64,000 bases of DNA from Candidatus Binatia bacterium (GCA_963664395.2 OY761159.2:4672001-4736000), one strand, 5' to 3'. Positions 9,740 through 20,125 are shown, counted from the first letter of the stretch. Numbers and translations: made by a program. Notes: generated by a model from the letters alone, not told the origin.

Positions 9740-10981
9740 ATGCTCAGCCCCTATCGAGCCCTTGACCTGACAACCGAACGCGGATTGCTGTGTGGCCAGA
9801 TCCTGGCCGATCTTGGCGCCGACGTGATTAAAATCGAACCCCCCGGCGGCTCCTCGGCTCGCAAGCTCGGCCCCTTCTATCAGGACCAGGAAGACGCGGA
9901 AAACTCTCTCTACTGGTGGGCCTATAACCGCAACAAACGGGGAGTGACGCTCGATATCACGCGGTCGGAAGGACAGCAGCTTCTGCGGCGCATGGCAAAG
10001 GGCGCAAAATTTCTGATTGAATCGGACAATCCCGGCCGCCTCGCCCAATACGGCCTGAGCTATGCTGAGTTAGCGGCGGACAATCCGGGGCTGATTTATG
10101 TCTCGATTACGCCATTCGGACAAGACGGGCCGAAGGCCAGCTATGCGGACAGCGACCTGATTATTCTGGCCAGCAGCGGACCGCTCGTCATTACCGGCGA
10201 CGAAGACCGCCCGCCGGTCCGCCTGAGCCTGCCCCAGGGCTATCTGCACGCCAGCGCCGCTGCGGCGCCGGCAGCGCTGATTGCCCTGTACGAATCACAT
10301 CGATCGAACCGCGGTCAGCACATTGATATTTCCGCCCAGCAGGCTGCGGCCCAGGCAACACAATCGACCATTCTCTCGGCTCCGCTCAATGATGCGGAAA
10401 CACGGCGTATGGCCGGCGGGGCAAAAATGGGATCGTTGGCAATCCGCCTGCTCTGGCCGGCTAAGAATGGCCATGTTTCGATTGCCTATCTGTTTGGCTC
10501 GGCGTTTGCTCATTTCACCAAGCGCCTGATGGATTGGATATATGAAGAAGGTTTTTGTGACAAAGCAGTCCAACAAATGGACTGGGTTGGGATGGGCGGT
10601 CCCCTCTTTGGTGGCGACCCGAAAACGATTGAAGACTATGAACGCCTCAAACTGATCGTTGAAGACTTCACCAAGACCAAAACCAAAGAAGAGCTGTTCC
10701 GGAACGCACTGGAGCGTGGCCTGCTTATCGCCCCGGTCACCACGCTTGACGAGGTCGTCCACAGTAAGCAGCTCGATTCCCGTCAATACTGGACTACGGT
10801 TGACCATGATGAGATTGGGAAAGCGTTCGCCTATCCCGGTCCGTTTGCCAAGTTCAGCGAGCAGCCGATTGCCTATAAGCGCCGACCGCCGAAGATTGGT
10901 GAGCACAATGCTGAGGTCTATGGCGAACTCGGCCTTGGTGCACAAGCGTTAGCAGAGCTACAGAACAAGGGAATAATCTGA
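9740..10981 (+). CDS. CoA-transferase family III (CaiB/BaiF), BbsE-like subunit
   Basis: LADLGADVIKIEPPGG, NRNKRGVTLD, SITPFGQDGP, GQHIDIS, PPKIGEH. Confidence 0.9.
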   Translation: MLSPYRALDLTTERGLLCGQILADLGADVIKIEPPGGSSARKLGPFYQDQEDAENSLYWWAYNRNKRGVTLDITRSEGQQLLRRMAKGAKFLIESDNPGRLAQYGLSYAELAADNPGLIYVSITPFGQDGPKASYADSDLIILASSGPLVITGDEDRPPVRLSLPQGYLHASAAAAPAALIALYESHRSNRGQHIDISAQQAAAQATQSTILSAPLNDAETRRMAGGAKMGSLAIRLLWPAKNGHVSIAYLFGSAFAHFTKRLMDWIYEEGFCDKAVQQMDWVGMGGPLFGGDPKTIEDYERLKLIVEDFTKTKTKEELFRNALERGLLIAPVTTLDEVVHSKQLDSRQYWTTVDHDEIGKAFAYPGPFAKFSEQPIAYKRRPPKIGEHNAEVYGELGLGAQALAELQNKGII

Positions 10982-11007
10982 CCGAGACTCACTCAGGAGG
11001 GGTAACC

Positions 11008-12249
11008 ATGGCAGAGGGACAACACACCGGCAGTGAAAACAATCAAGCCCTGGCTGGGGTCAAAGTGCTCGATTTCATGTGGGCGATGGCCGGCCCCGGC
11101 TCGACGCGTATTTTGGCCGACTACGGGGCGACCGTTGTTCGGGTTGAATCCACCACACGATTTGACGCAGTACGCATGGTCGGTCCCTTTCAAAACAAGC
11201 AACCCGGCCCGAACAATTCTGGTTTGTTCAACAATATGAACACGGGCAAACTGCCGATGACCTTGAATCTGTCCAAACCGGAGTCGCGCGATATCATTTT
11301 TGACTTGGTGCGCTGGGCAGACGTGGTGACTGAGTCCTTTTCTCCCAAAGCCATGCGGGAGTGGGGCTTTGACTACGAGTCGCTCAAGAAAATCAAGCCC
11401 GATATCATCATGCTCAGCACCTGCTTGATGGGCCAAACCGGACCGCATTCTCACTTTGCCGGGTTTGGCAATCTAGCCGCGGCCCTATCAGGATTTTTCG
11501 ATCCGACCGGTTGGCCCGACCGCGCGCCGGCCGGACCATTCGGTGCCTACACTGATTATATTGCCCCATGGTATAACGCCGCGGCCGTGCTGGCTGCCTT
11601 GGAACACAAGCACCAGACTGGTACAGGCCAACATATTGACCTGGCGCAAGCCGAAGCCTCTCTCCATTTTCTGGCACCATTTCTTTTAGATCAAACCGTC
11701 AATGGACGGACCCAGACCCGTATGGGCAACCGGGACATGAACTTCGCTCCTCACGGTGTGTATCAAGCGGCAGGAGATGACCGCTGGGTGGCGATTGGCG
11801 TGGAAACTGACGACCAGTGGCGTTCACTGTGTGAGACCATGAACCGCTCGGACCTCGGCAGTGACGAACGTCTTGCCACGGTAAAAGGCCGGCTGGCCAA
11901 TCAGGACGAAATTGATGCAGCCATAAATGAATGGAGCAGCCAAGTCGGTCCCTACGATGCCGAAGAAAAACTTCAGGCGAAAAAGGTTCCGGCCAGCGCA
12001 GTCGAAACCATAAACGAGTTGTACGAAGACAAGCAGCTTCAGCACCGTGAGCACTTTGTAGACCTGGATCATCCCGACTTCGGCAAGACCACGGTCGAAG
12101 GCAGCCGTTTCAAATTCTCCCGGACCCCGGCCCAGATTAACCGTTCTGCTCCGACGCTGGGGCGTGAGAATCAGAACGTGTTGAAGAATATTCTGGGCTA
12201 TAATGAAGAGAAGATCACCGAGTTGGTGATTGCCGAGGTGTTGGAGTAG
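11008..12249 (+). CDS. CoA-transferase family III (CaiB/BaiF), BbsF-like subunit
   Basis: LAGVKVLDF, LADYGATVVRVE, ADVVTESF, YTD (catalytic Asp position), APTLG; GGAGG RBS. Confidence 0.9.
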   Translation: MAEGQHTGSENNQALAGVKVLDFMWAMAGPGSTRILADYGATVVRVESTTRFDAVRMVGPFQNKQPGPNNSGLFNNMNTGKLPMTLNLSKPESRDIIFDLVRWADVVTESFSPKAMREWGFDYESLKKIKPDIIMLSTCLMGQTGPHSHFAGFGNLAAALSGFFDPTGWPDRAPAGPFGAYTDYIAPWYNAAAVLAALEHKHQTGTGQHIDLAQAEASLHFLAPFLLDQTVNGRTQTRMGNRDMNFAPHGVYQAAGDDRWVAIGVETDDQWRSLCETMNRSDLGSDERLATVKGRLANQDEIDAAINEWSSQVGPYDAEEKLQAKKVPASAVETINELYEDKQLQHREHFVDLDHPDFGKTTVEGSRFKFSRTPAQINRSAPTLGRENQNVLKNILGYNEEKITELVIAEVLE

Positions 12250-12271
12250 AAGACACCCGCATTCATATCCG

Positions 12272-12309
12272 AGCCAAAAAGGGCGCGCGGCGGTGCGCCC
12301 TTTTTGGCT
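12272..12309. terminator. Bidirectional intrinsic terminator
   Basis: agccaaaaagggcgc-N8-gcgccctttttggct, A-run and T-run flanks, 22 nt after the CoA-transferase stop. Confidence 0.85.
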
Positions 12310-12373
12310 GATTCGGAAGAACAGCGGCTTGACTCAGATACCCCTTCAAAGTTCCGTTTAGAATCTCCATCAC

Positions 12374-12780
12374 TTAGAGGATAGGTAACCCTGATCGTGC
12401 GAGCAGTTCGTCGATCTGCTGGCGGTCCGCACGCTCCTCACTAGGTGTGTAGCCAGGCCATAGCTGACCGTAAAACGACCGTAAAACGACACAATGTAAT
12501 CCTCGATCGTCGGGGCCAGCTTTCGCTTGCTGGCCACCAAGAGGAGCAGCTTCAATACCAAGATTTTGTAGACACGGTCATGCTCCTTCAGCGGGAACGC
12601 GCTGATCGCCAGCGCAGTCTGCTTGGCCTCATCTATCGCACCTAGCAAGAGCCATAGCTGGCCCCAAAACCGTAACGTTTCAAGGTCGAATCACCCTCCC
12701 CCACCGAAACGATCTGAGGCAACGCGAACGAGTTCGGTAGCGAGCATTTCATCGTAGTGTACATCCGTCCCGCCTTGACT
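12374..12780 (-). pseudogene. 3' remnant of an unknown gene
   Basis: One reading frame (..DVHYDEMLATELVR..DLETLRFWGQLWLLLG..QQIDELLARSGLPIL*) broken by an internal TGA and an 11-bp duplication (cgtaaaacgac x2, ~12469-12490); 5' end cut at the palindrome at 12781. Confidence 0.5.
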
Positions 12781-12808
12781 GTAGGGGCGACGCATGCGTC
12801 GCCCCTAC
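12781..12808. repeat. GTAG-type REP palindrome
   Basis: Perfect 28-bp palindrome gtaggggcgacgcatgcgtcgcccctac beginning with GTAG. Confidence 0.8.
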
Positions 12809-12840
12809 TCGAACCTCCACTCGTCGGCCACAAACAGCTC

Positions 12841-13224
12841 TCACACAGACAACTCGTTGACGACCGGCGAATGGTTTTCAAGAACAAGCTGATCGATGGT
12901 ACAGAAAGGAGTCCGACGAGCTGCGCTATGAGCGGACAGGAGTCGGTCAAACGGGTCGCGTGTCCATGCTATCGGCGTAGCATGGCGAATGAGGGAGAGG
13001 AGCGGAATCTCATCCACCAGGAAGCGCGGGTCGTTCAGCAGGGTTTCTGTGAATTCTGGATTTTCGATCTCTATTCGGCCTACCTCAGCCAGGTATTGCG
13101 CCTCAAGCAGCGATATCGGAGAAACGCCCCACGGACGATATTTATCCAGCCAGGTAAACTCCTTGAGTCGATTTGACCCAAGGACAAGCCAAATCAGGAA
13201 ATGGGTATCGAGCAGAATAGTCAC
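12841..13224 (-). CDS. vapC: PIN-domain (VapC) toxin
   Basis: ILLDTHFLIW, SLLE, RDPFDRLL, TID; GTG start overlaps the antitoxin stop (GTGA). Confidence 0.9.
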   Translation of the reverse strand: MTILLDTHFLIWLVLGSNRLKEFTWLDKYRPWGVSPISLLEAQYLAEVGRIEIENPEFTETLLNDPRFLVDEIPLLSLIRHATPIAWTRDPFDRLLSAHSAARRTPFCTIDQLVLENHSPVVNELSV

Positions 13225-13487
13225 TGTTTTTTTCGGGAGATCGACGCGAGGCCCTGGCTTTCTCCTTGCCAATCCCAACTCCACTGATCAACTTGGTCAG
13301 CATCAGGAACACGCAGGAGACGTGTATAGTCAGGAAACTGTTGTTTCGATTTCGTGACTTTTTTGTCTTCCCGGCGTAAGACGAGTCTCTGTCCCTTCCG
13401 CTCCAGGACAATGATTTCCCCGGCGACGACTTCGTCAAGTACCCGGAACCAATTTTTCCTCGCCTCAGAGGCGGTCAACCTTTTCAT
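13221..13487 (-). CDS. Phd/YefM family antitoxin
   Basis: MKRLTASEARKNWFRVLDEVVAGEIIVLERKG; translationally coupled to vapC. Confidence 0.88.
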   Translation of the reverse strand: MKRLTASEARKNWFRVLDEVVAGEIIVLERKGQRLVLRREDKKVTKSKQQFPDYTRLLRVPDADQVDQWSWDWQGESQGLASISRKKQ

Positions 13488-13523
13488 GTGTACAACGTAC
13501 AAGTTGATGGTAACGATTGCCAG
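13273..13523. repeat. ~250-bp direct repeat, copy 1 (antitoxin gene plus upstream region)
   Basis: Aligns with scattered substitutions to 23714-23964 (offset 10441). Confidence 0.9.
13489..13501. promoter_or_regulatory. Putative antitoxin operator
   Basis: TGTAC-aac-GTACA palindrome abutting the antitoxin ATG; TGTACA-core operators are known for YefM. Confidence 0.5.
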
Positions 13524-13577
13524 ACGCTTCTTAATTTTTACCCTGGCAGAGAAGAGCTGACGTTCTCCTCTCCGCCG

Positions 13578-14210
13578 CTACCAACTCCTTACCTCACGAG
13601 CCAGGGCACCGAATCCGGTAGGAAAGCATTGTTCGAGAAGCTGTAAATCCTGAGTGAGTCTTTGCGCTTCTTTGGTTGCGCGACGGGTCTCCAATTCCAG
13701 CGAAGGACGTGATGTTTCGTAAACATCTTCTTTCAGGCTCCTCGTGGTATAGGGGAAAGGACCCGACGGCAGACTTGCTATCCAAGCAGCCTCAGTGACG
13801 TGTGGGTCGAGACCACATCGATACCATGCCTCTATTGCTGGAACGGCTATACCGACTGCAATCTTAATCTGAGGGCGTCCCTGAACAGGTCGAAGTTGGT
13901 CAAGAACAGGATCAATAGTCTGGCGCATTTTGCAAAGCCGGCATCTCTCATCCGCGCCGCCCGCTTGCTCATGCTCTGGCCCGTGCAGCGGTGTCCGGTC
14001 AGAATCCACCACAATGACGAGAGCATCTGCGTCCGTTCGGTAGTGTAAGTGCTTGAGTACAGTCGGAAGAATTGTGAAGACACCGGAGACGCCGCGTGTT
14101 CCGATTGGAGGCATATCAACTGCTTGAGTTTGCCTACCAACAATGCCTTCAATGAGAATACGAATCGCCGCCTCATCTGCCGGCGATTCGCTGAGGACCG
14201 CTACCTTCAT
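13578..14210 (-). CDS. TOPRIM-like/DUF4276-RloB-like partner of the upstream ABC ATPase
   Basis: LSESPADE, VVDSD (DxD), AVPAIEAW; ATGA overlap with the ATPase. Confidence 0.6.
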   Translation of the reverse strand: MKVAVLSESPADEAAIRILIEGIVGRQTQAVDMPPIGTRGVSGVFTILPTVLKHLHYRTDADALVIVVDSDRTPLHGPEHEQAGGADERCRLCKMRQTIDPVLDQLRPVQGRPQIKIAVGIAVPAIEAWYRCGLDPHVTEAAWIASLPSGPFPYTTRSLKEDVYETSRPSLELETRRATKEAQRLTQDLQLLEQCFPTGFGALAREVRSW

Positions 14211-15177
14211 TGCTCGGCCGGCACACCACCGAGAACGCCGCTATACCAGACCTCGCCCAAGGGAGCATCGTCCAGCACTTCCATAATGTCAGGTTGGTCA
14301 GACAACCGCTCAAATTGGGCTCCATCCGCAGTCTTCTGAGCAATGACAATTTCTTCCGGATGATCTTTATAGAGGTCCAGAAAATACGGAGAATGCGTCG
14401 TTGCAATCACTTGAACTGGCTGACGATCTTCGCCGAACTGTTTTGGGTAGCTTAACCGATAGAGCGCCGTCTGGATGTTACGTAAAAGGCGAGGATGAAC
14501 CCCCCGTTCCGGTTCCTCTATGCCGATTAGTGAGGGTGGATCAGGGAAGATACGCCAGGGTGAGAATGGCCAAGGCCAACACCGTCCCTTGGGACAGGTC
14601 TCTAGCCGGCAGCGCATGATGGCCTTTTCGTGTTCGTAATGAAAAGGCCCGATGTCCGGTCTTTGGCGTTTCAAAAAGGATACGATCGAATTCCGGCAGC
14701 CACCGCCCGAACTCATCATTCAACGCCTCAAACCGCTCGGGTTCCTTATCTCTGAGACTATCCATAACACCCGCAAGATTATGTCCGTTCGAGGAAAGTT
14801 CAGCGGCAGGTTCAAGCTGACGGGCTGAATTATGGCCGAAGCGTCTAACGAATAAACTCGTGTTCTGAGTGATAGCGGGAAAAGAATCGGAGTAATCCCA
14901 GTAATTACCGCTCCAAACGCGCAGTCGTTACCACTTTGTCATAGAACTCGCTCCATTGGAGTGTAATCTCTACGGCCCTATTATCTGTTGCTTTTCAGAC
15001 CAACAGTAACAAACTTTTTAGATTCTTGCTGACCCGTGTGCGACTGACAGATTGGAGGGCTTGCAAAGCCGTACTCTTGCCACTCCCGTTCGGTCCGACA
15101 ATTAAAGTAAAAGGCGCAAGCGGAAGTGTCGCGTTTCGTAATATCTTGAAATTCTGGAATTGGATTGAGTCAAGCAT
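14207..15177 (-). pseudogene. AAA_21/SMC-like ABC ATPase, frameshifted
   Basis: Walker A GPNGSGKS (14995-15177), signature LSQGT (14541-14765), Walker B/D-loop IEEPERGVHP and TTHSP (14207-14719) lie in separate ORF fragments. Confidence 0.85.
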
Positions 15178-15500
15178 ACGAACCGCCTTCGGGCTCTTGT
15201 GGTCAGTACAGCTATCGCTATTCAGACCGTAGTATGGACTGAGATGAAGAAGAAGAGCAATAGGGAATGAGGCGGAGTGATTGCCATTGACTAGCCTTTG
15301 TGCGAGAGCGCGGCTTCGATTTATTCGGGCGTCTCCTCCGTGTAGGAGAAGGGATGAACGCCTGCCCCGCGATCCGTAAGGCTCTCCTCTGTTCCGTAGG
15401 CCCCGGCCTCGCCTCTGCTTCTTTTCGGTACACGCCCGGAGTGTTGTGTCCTGCGTTCCGTGTGATATCCGCTACAGGCCGCTAAGGGATAAGCAGAAAG

Positions 15501-17486
15501 ATGAGCACCACCGACCTGAACTGGATTGCCAACTACATCTGGGGTATTGCCGACGACGTGCTGCGCGACCTGTACGTGCGCGGCAAGTACCGTGACGTGA
15601 TCCTGCCCATGACCGTACTGCGCCGGCTGGATGCGGTCCTGGAAGACAGCAAACGGGCTGTCCTTGACATGCAGGCCAGCCTCGACACGGCAGGCGTGGT
15701 CGAACAGGACCCGGCCCTGCGACAGGCCGCGGGACAGGCATTCTACAACACCTCGAAATTCACCCTGCGCGACCTTAGAGCCCGCGCCAGTCGCCAGCAG
15801 CTTACTGCCGACTTTGAAGCCTACCTGGACGGGTTTTCGCCCAACGTGCAGGACATCCTCGACAACTTCGAGTTCCGTAACCAGATTCCGCGCCTGTCCA
15901 AAGCCGACGCCCTGGGCACACTGGTCGAGAAGCTCACCTCGCCCGACATCAACCTGAGCCCGGCCCCGGTCCTGAACACCGACGGCTCGGTCAGACACCC
16001 CGGCCTCGACAACCACGGCATGGGCTCGATCTTCGAAGAGCTGGTACGGCGCTTCAACGAGGAGAACAACGAGGAGGCCGGCGAACACTGGACCCCACGC
16101 GACGCCGTAACCCTCATGGCCAGGCTCGTCTTCTTGCCCGTCGCCGACGAGATCAAATCCGGCACCTATCTGCTCTACGACGGCGCCTGCGGTACCGGCG
16201 GCATGCTGACCGTAGCCGAGGACACTTTGCAGCAGCTCGCCGCCGAGTACGACAAGGACGTGTCCACCCATCTCTATGGCCAGGAGATCAATGCCGAGAC
16301 CTACGCCATCTGTAAGGCCGACCTGCTGCTCAAGGGTGAGGGGGAAGCCGCCGACAATATTGTGGGCGGCCCGGAGTACTCGACCCTGGCCAACGACGCT
16401 TTCCCGGCCCGCGAGTTCGATTTCATGCTGTCCAATCCACCCTACGGCAAGAGCTGGAAGACCGACCTGGAGCGCATGGGCGGCAAGAACGACATGCGCG
16501 ACCCACGCTTCGTGATCGAACATGCGGGCGATCCCGAGTATTCGCTGGTCACCCGTTCGAGCGACGGCCAGATGCTTTTTCTGGCCAATAAGCTCTCCAA
16601 GATGAAGCAGGATACGCCGCTCGGCAGCCGCATCGCCGAGGTCCACAACGGCAGCTCCCTGTTCACCGGCGACGCCGGGCAGGGCGAGAGCAATATCCGC
16701 CGCTGGATCATCGAGAACGACTGGCTGGAGGCCATCGTCGCCCTGCCCCTCAATATGTTCTACAACACCGGCATCGCCACTTACGTCTGGGTGCTGACCA
16801 ACCGCAAGCCCGCACACCGCCGGGGCAAGGTGCAGTTGATCGACGCCACCACCTGGTACCGGCCGCTGCGCAAGAACCTGGGCAAGAAGAACTGCGAGCT
16901 GGGCGAGGAGGATATCGCCCGCATCTGTGACACTTTTCTCGACTTCAAGCAGACCGAGCAGAGCAAAATCTTCGACAACGCCGCCTTCGGCTATTGGAAA
17001 GTCACGGTCGAGCGGCCGCTACGCATCCAAGGCGCCGACCCCAACCATGCCTACAAGGCTACTGAAATCAAAAAGCTGAAAGAAAACGGCGAGCGCAGCG
17101 AGAACGCGCCGCCGGTCATCAAGAAAATTCACAAGCGAGGTACGGAGGCCGACCCGCTGCACGGCCTGTTCGCGGCCACCATCAACGGTCGGCCCACCGT
17201 GGTGGAGTATGAGCCGGACACCGACCTGCGCGATACCGAGCAAATCCCATTGCAAGAATCGGGCGGCATCGAAGCCTTCCTGCGGCGCGAGGTCCTGCCC
17301 CACGCCGCCGACGCCTGGTATCAGCCCGACAGCGTGAAGGTCGGCTACGAGATCAGCTTCACCCGCTATTTCTACAAGCCGCAGCCCATGCGCACGCTGG
17401 TGGAAATCCGGGCGGACATCCTGGCGCTGGAACAGGAGACCGAGGGGCTGCTCGGCGAGATCATCGGAGAGAGTAGAGGTTCATGA
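15501..17486 (+). CDS. hsdM: Type I restriction-modification methyltransferase
   Basis: YIWGIADDVLR, GEHWTPR, DGACGTGG (motif I), NPPY (motif IV), FYNTGI. Confidence 0.96.
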   Translation: MSTTDLNWIANYIWGIADDVLRDLYVRGKYRDVILPMTVLRRLDAVLEDSKRAVLDMQASLDTAGVVEQDPALRQAAGQAFYNTSKFTLRDLRARASRQQLTADFEAYLDGFSPNVQDILDNFEFRNQIPRLSKADALGTLVEKLTSPDINLSPAPVLNTDGSVRHPGLDNHGMGSIFEELVRRFNEENNEEAGEHWTPRDAVTLMARLVFLPVADEIKSGTYLLYDGACGTGGMLTVAEDTLQQLAAEYDKDVSTHLYGQEINAETYAICKADLLLKGEGEAADNIVGGPEYSTLANDAFPAREFDFMLSNPPYGKSWKTDLERMGGKNDMRDPRFVIEHAGDPEYSLVTRSSDGQMLFLANKLSKMKQDTPLGSRIAEVHNGSSLFTGDAGQGESNIRRWIIENDWLEAIVALPLNMFYNTGIATYVWVLTNRKPAHRRGKVQLIDATTWYRPLRKNLGKKNCELGEEDIARICDTFLDFKQTEQSKIFDNAAFGYWKVTVERPLRIQGADPNHAYKATEIKKLKENGERSENAPPVIKKIHKRGTEADPLHGLFAATINGRPTVVEYEPDTDLRDTEQIPLQESGGIEAFLRREVLPHAADAWYQPDSVKVGYEISFTRYFYKPQPMRTLVEIRADILALEQETEGLLGEIIGESRGS

Positions 17487-18929
17487 TTCACAACCTCAAA
17501 CCCTATCCTGCCTATAAGGATTCCGGCGTCGAGTGGCTGGGGGAGGTGCCGGAGCATTGGGAAGCTTACGTCATTGAAGTGGGTTTCCGACCGATCCCAG
17601 AACGGATCAAACCACCTACATCGGAGATGCTCTATTATGATGATGGAACAGTTCCGTGGTATGGACCATCGAGTTGTGGAACCACCGAGGAGCTTCGGGC
17701 AACCGATAAGGCACGATGAGCCAGTTTGCCTTTACGAAGGGCGGCAAGCGAGACTCGTTCGAGGACCAGCCCTCCTCCAGAGTCATCGGTTCTGTTGGAC
17801 GTATGGCACTCATGCCACATGACTTGATCTACGAACCAGCAGATCACAGCCTTTGAGTTTTCCGCTAATCGAGTCAATCCTTCCTTTATGCTCCGGCAGC
17901 TACGAAACGCTGAGCCTCGGCTTAGGGCGACGGCGTCAGCCACGACCATCCCAATCTTGGACTCTGATGTACTCGCTCGACTATCGTGCGCGACGCCGCC
18001 CCTCCCCGAACAAACCGCCATCGCCCGCTTCCTCGACCACGCCGACCGGCGCATCCGGCGCTACATCCGCGCCAAGCAGAAGCTGAGTGCGCTGCTGGAG
18101 GAGCAGAAGCAGGCCATCATCCACCAAGCCGTCACCGGCCAGATCGACGTCCGCACCGGCCAGCCCTACCCGGCCTACAAGCCCTCCGGCGTCGAGTGGC
18201 TGGGGGACGTGCCGGCGCATTGGGAGGTTCGGCCGCTCAAAGCGCACATTCACAGACGGCGTACGTGAACTGGCTAGGCCCAACGGAGGAGGTTCAGCTT
18301 TCAGCCACCCAAGCTTACGGTGGAGCGAAAGCGACGATTACGAAAAGAAGATTGGGAGGAAATCGTCAAGAATTGCGACATGGAGAAACGCGTCAGTATC
18401 AAGGTGGACGACTTTGTCACGCAGTTTGCGGAGTTTCCTGGGCGTGCTGGAAAGAGCGTATGGGACGAAGTGGATGCATGGTCGATCGAAGCTCAGCCTA
18501 TCGTTCTTCACCCTGCTACGAATTTGGTTCCATCCGTACGATTTAACGCCTTATCTCTTTAAGTACCTTGCTTAATTCTGAAGGCTGCGACACCTCAACT
18601 GCCTAGCTTTATTCGAGAACAGCACAACCATTCGTTATTACAGGAACTCGTGTGAGGAACGATGCGCACCCTTCCCCCTTTACCCGAACAAACCTCCATT
18701 ATCGCAGTATCTCGACAAGGCACCGCCGATATCGACACCGCCACTGCCAAGCGCAAACCGCCGCCAGATCGACCTCCTCAACGAATACCGCACCCGCCTG
18801 ATCGCCGATGTCGTCACCGGCAAGCTCGATGTACGCGAGGCGGCGGCACGGTTGCCGGATGGGGAAGCCGAACCAAAGCAGTTTGATAAGGCTAAAGCTC
18901 TGATTGACGCAGCAGATGCTGAGCGATAG
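17483..18929 (+). pseudogene. hsdS: Type I RM specificity subunit with multiple frameshifts
   Basis: Conserved blocks PYPAYKDSGVEWLGEVPEHW (twice), PPLPEQ (twice), LEEQKQAIIHQAVTG, EYRTRLIADVVTGKLDVR; frame repeatedly broken, mostly in the two TRDs. Confidence 0.88.
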
Positions 18930-18977
18930 ACGATTTTGAAGATTGACCGTAGCCGGTAAGGGTGCTGTGTTATCAAT

Positions 18978-20120
18978 ATGAACAAGGTCGCGGTGAAACC
19001 GGCAGTGGTTCGCTGGGCGCGCGAGCGCTCGGGAAAGGACATGTCTGACTTGGCGAAGCGCTTCCCGAAGCTGCCGCAGTGGGAAGGCGGTGAGGCGCAG
19101 CCGACGTTTAAGCAATTGGAGCGGTTTGCAAAGGCGACGCTCACACCCTTCGGAGCCTTGTTTTTAGAGGAGCCGCCGGATGATAAATTACCGGTTGCTG
19201 ATTTTCGCACACTAAAAGGCCAGCAGCCGGCGCGGCCGAGCGCGGCGCTGATGACCACTGTGCAGCAAATGCAGCGGCGGCAAGAATGGATGCGCGAATA
19301 TCTTATCGAGGCAGGCGAAGAACCTCTTGCCTTCGTCAGGACTGTCACGTTGGCTTCGAGTCGCGTGGACGCGGCCAACAATATCCGAAGGACACTAGGT
19401 GTTGATGATGGCTGGGCGAGCACGCACTCTACATGGTCCGCCGCGCTCGTTGGGCTTCGGCGGGCGGTGGAAGAGATAGGTGTTTTGGTCGTCGTCAACG
19501 GCGTCGTGGAGAACAATACGCGACAGAAACTGGACCCGGAGGAATTTCGGGGATTTGTGCTCTGCGACGATTACGCGCCTTTAATCTTCATCAACGGAGC
19601 GGACTTCACGTCTGCTCAGATGTTTACCCTGGCGCACGAACTGGCCCACCTGTGGTTGGGGACAGGCGGTGTGTTCAACTTGGTGGACCTCCAGCCGTAC
19701 GACGACGATGTTGAAAGATTTTGTAACGAGGTTGCGGCGGAAGTGCTGATTCCGGGAGACGAGCTTGATGGCTGCTGGCCGAGCGTGGCCAAGTCGGCCG
19801 AACCGTTTCAAGCGCTGGCGAGGCGCTTCAAGGTCAGTCCCCTCGTGGCGGCCCGGCGAGTGTCGGATCGAAAGTTGATGGCGAGAGACGATTTCTACGA
19901 ATTCCTGGGTCGATACACGGCTGACGAACGGCGAAGATCTGCGCAGCAATCGAGTGGGGGGAATTTCTACAACGCGCAACGGGGACGTGTCGGCCGTCGC
20001 TTCGGTAGCGCGGTCATTCGTGCAGCGCGGGAGGGCCGGCTACTGTACCGTGACGCGTATCGCCTCACGGGTCTGCATGGCCGGAGTTTCGACCAATTTG
20101 CGCAGACACTCGGATTTTAG
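18978..20120 (+). CDS. XRE HTH + ImmA/IrrE Zn-metallopeptidase
   Basis: N-terminal HTH (WEGGEAQPTFKQL), FRGF, FTLAHELAH (HExxH), ERFCNEVAAEVL. Confidence 0.92.
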   Translation: MNKVAVKPAVVRWARERSGKDMSDLAKRFPKLPQWEGGEAQPTFKQLERFAKATLTPFGALFLEEPPDDKLPVADFRTLKGQQPARPSAALMTTVQQMQRRQEWMREYLIEAGEEPLAFVRTVTLASSRVDAANNIRRTLGVDDGWASTHSTWSAALVGLRRAVEEIGVLVVVNGVVENNTRQKLDPEEFRGFVLCDDYAPLIFINGADFTSAQMFTLAHELAHLWLGTGGVFNLVDLQPYDDDVERFCNEVAAEVLIPGDELDGCWPSVAKSAEPFQALARRFKVSPLVAARRVSDRKLMARDDFYEFLGRYTADERRRSAQQSSGGNFYNAQRGRVGRRFGSAVIRAAREGRLLYRDAYRLTGLHGRSFDQFAQTLGF

Positions 20121-20125
20121 CCGTA

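Noticed and set aside
12690-12694. In-frame TGA in the remnant ORF as selenocysteine
   Set aside because: No redox motif or SECIS-like hairpin, and the same remnant also has a frameshift.
15321-16817. Long antisense ORFs (also 21648-22931, 45532-46821, 47830-48849, 2382-3425)
   Set aside because: Mirror frames of well-supported high-GC genes, with no motifs of their own.
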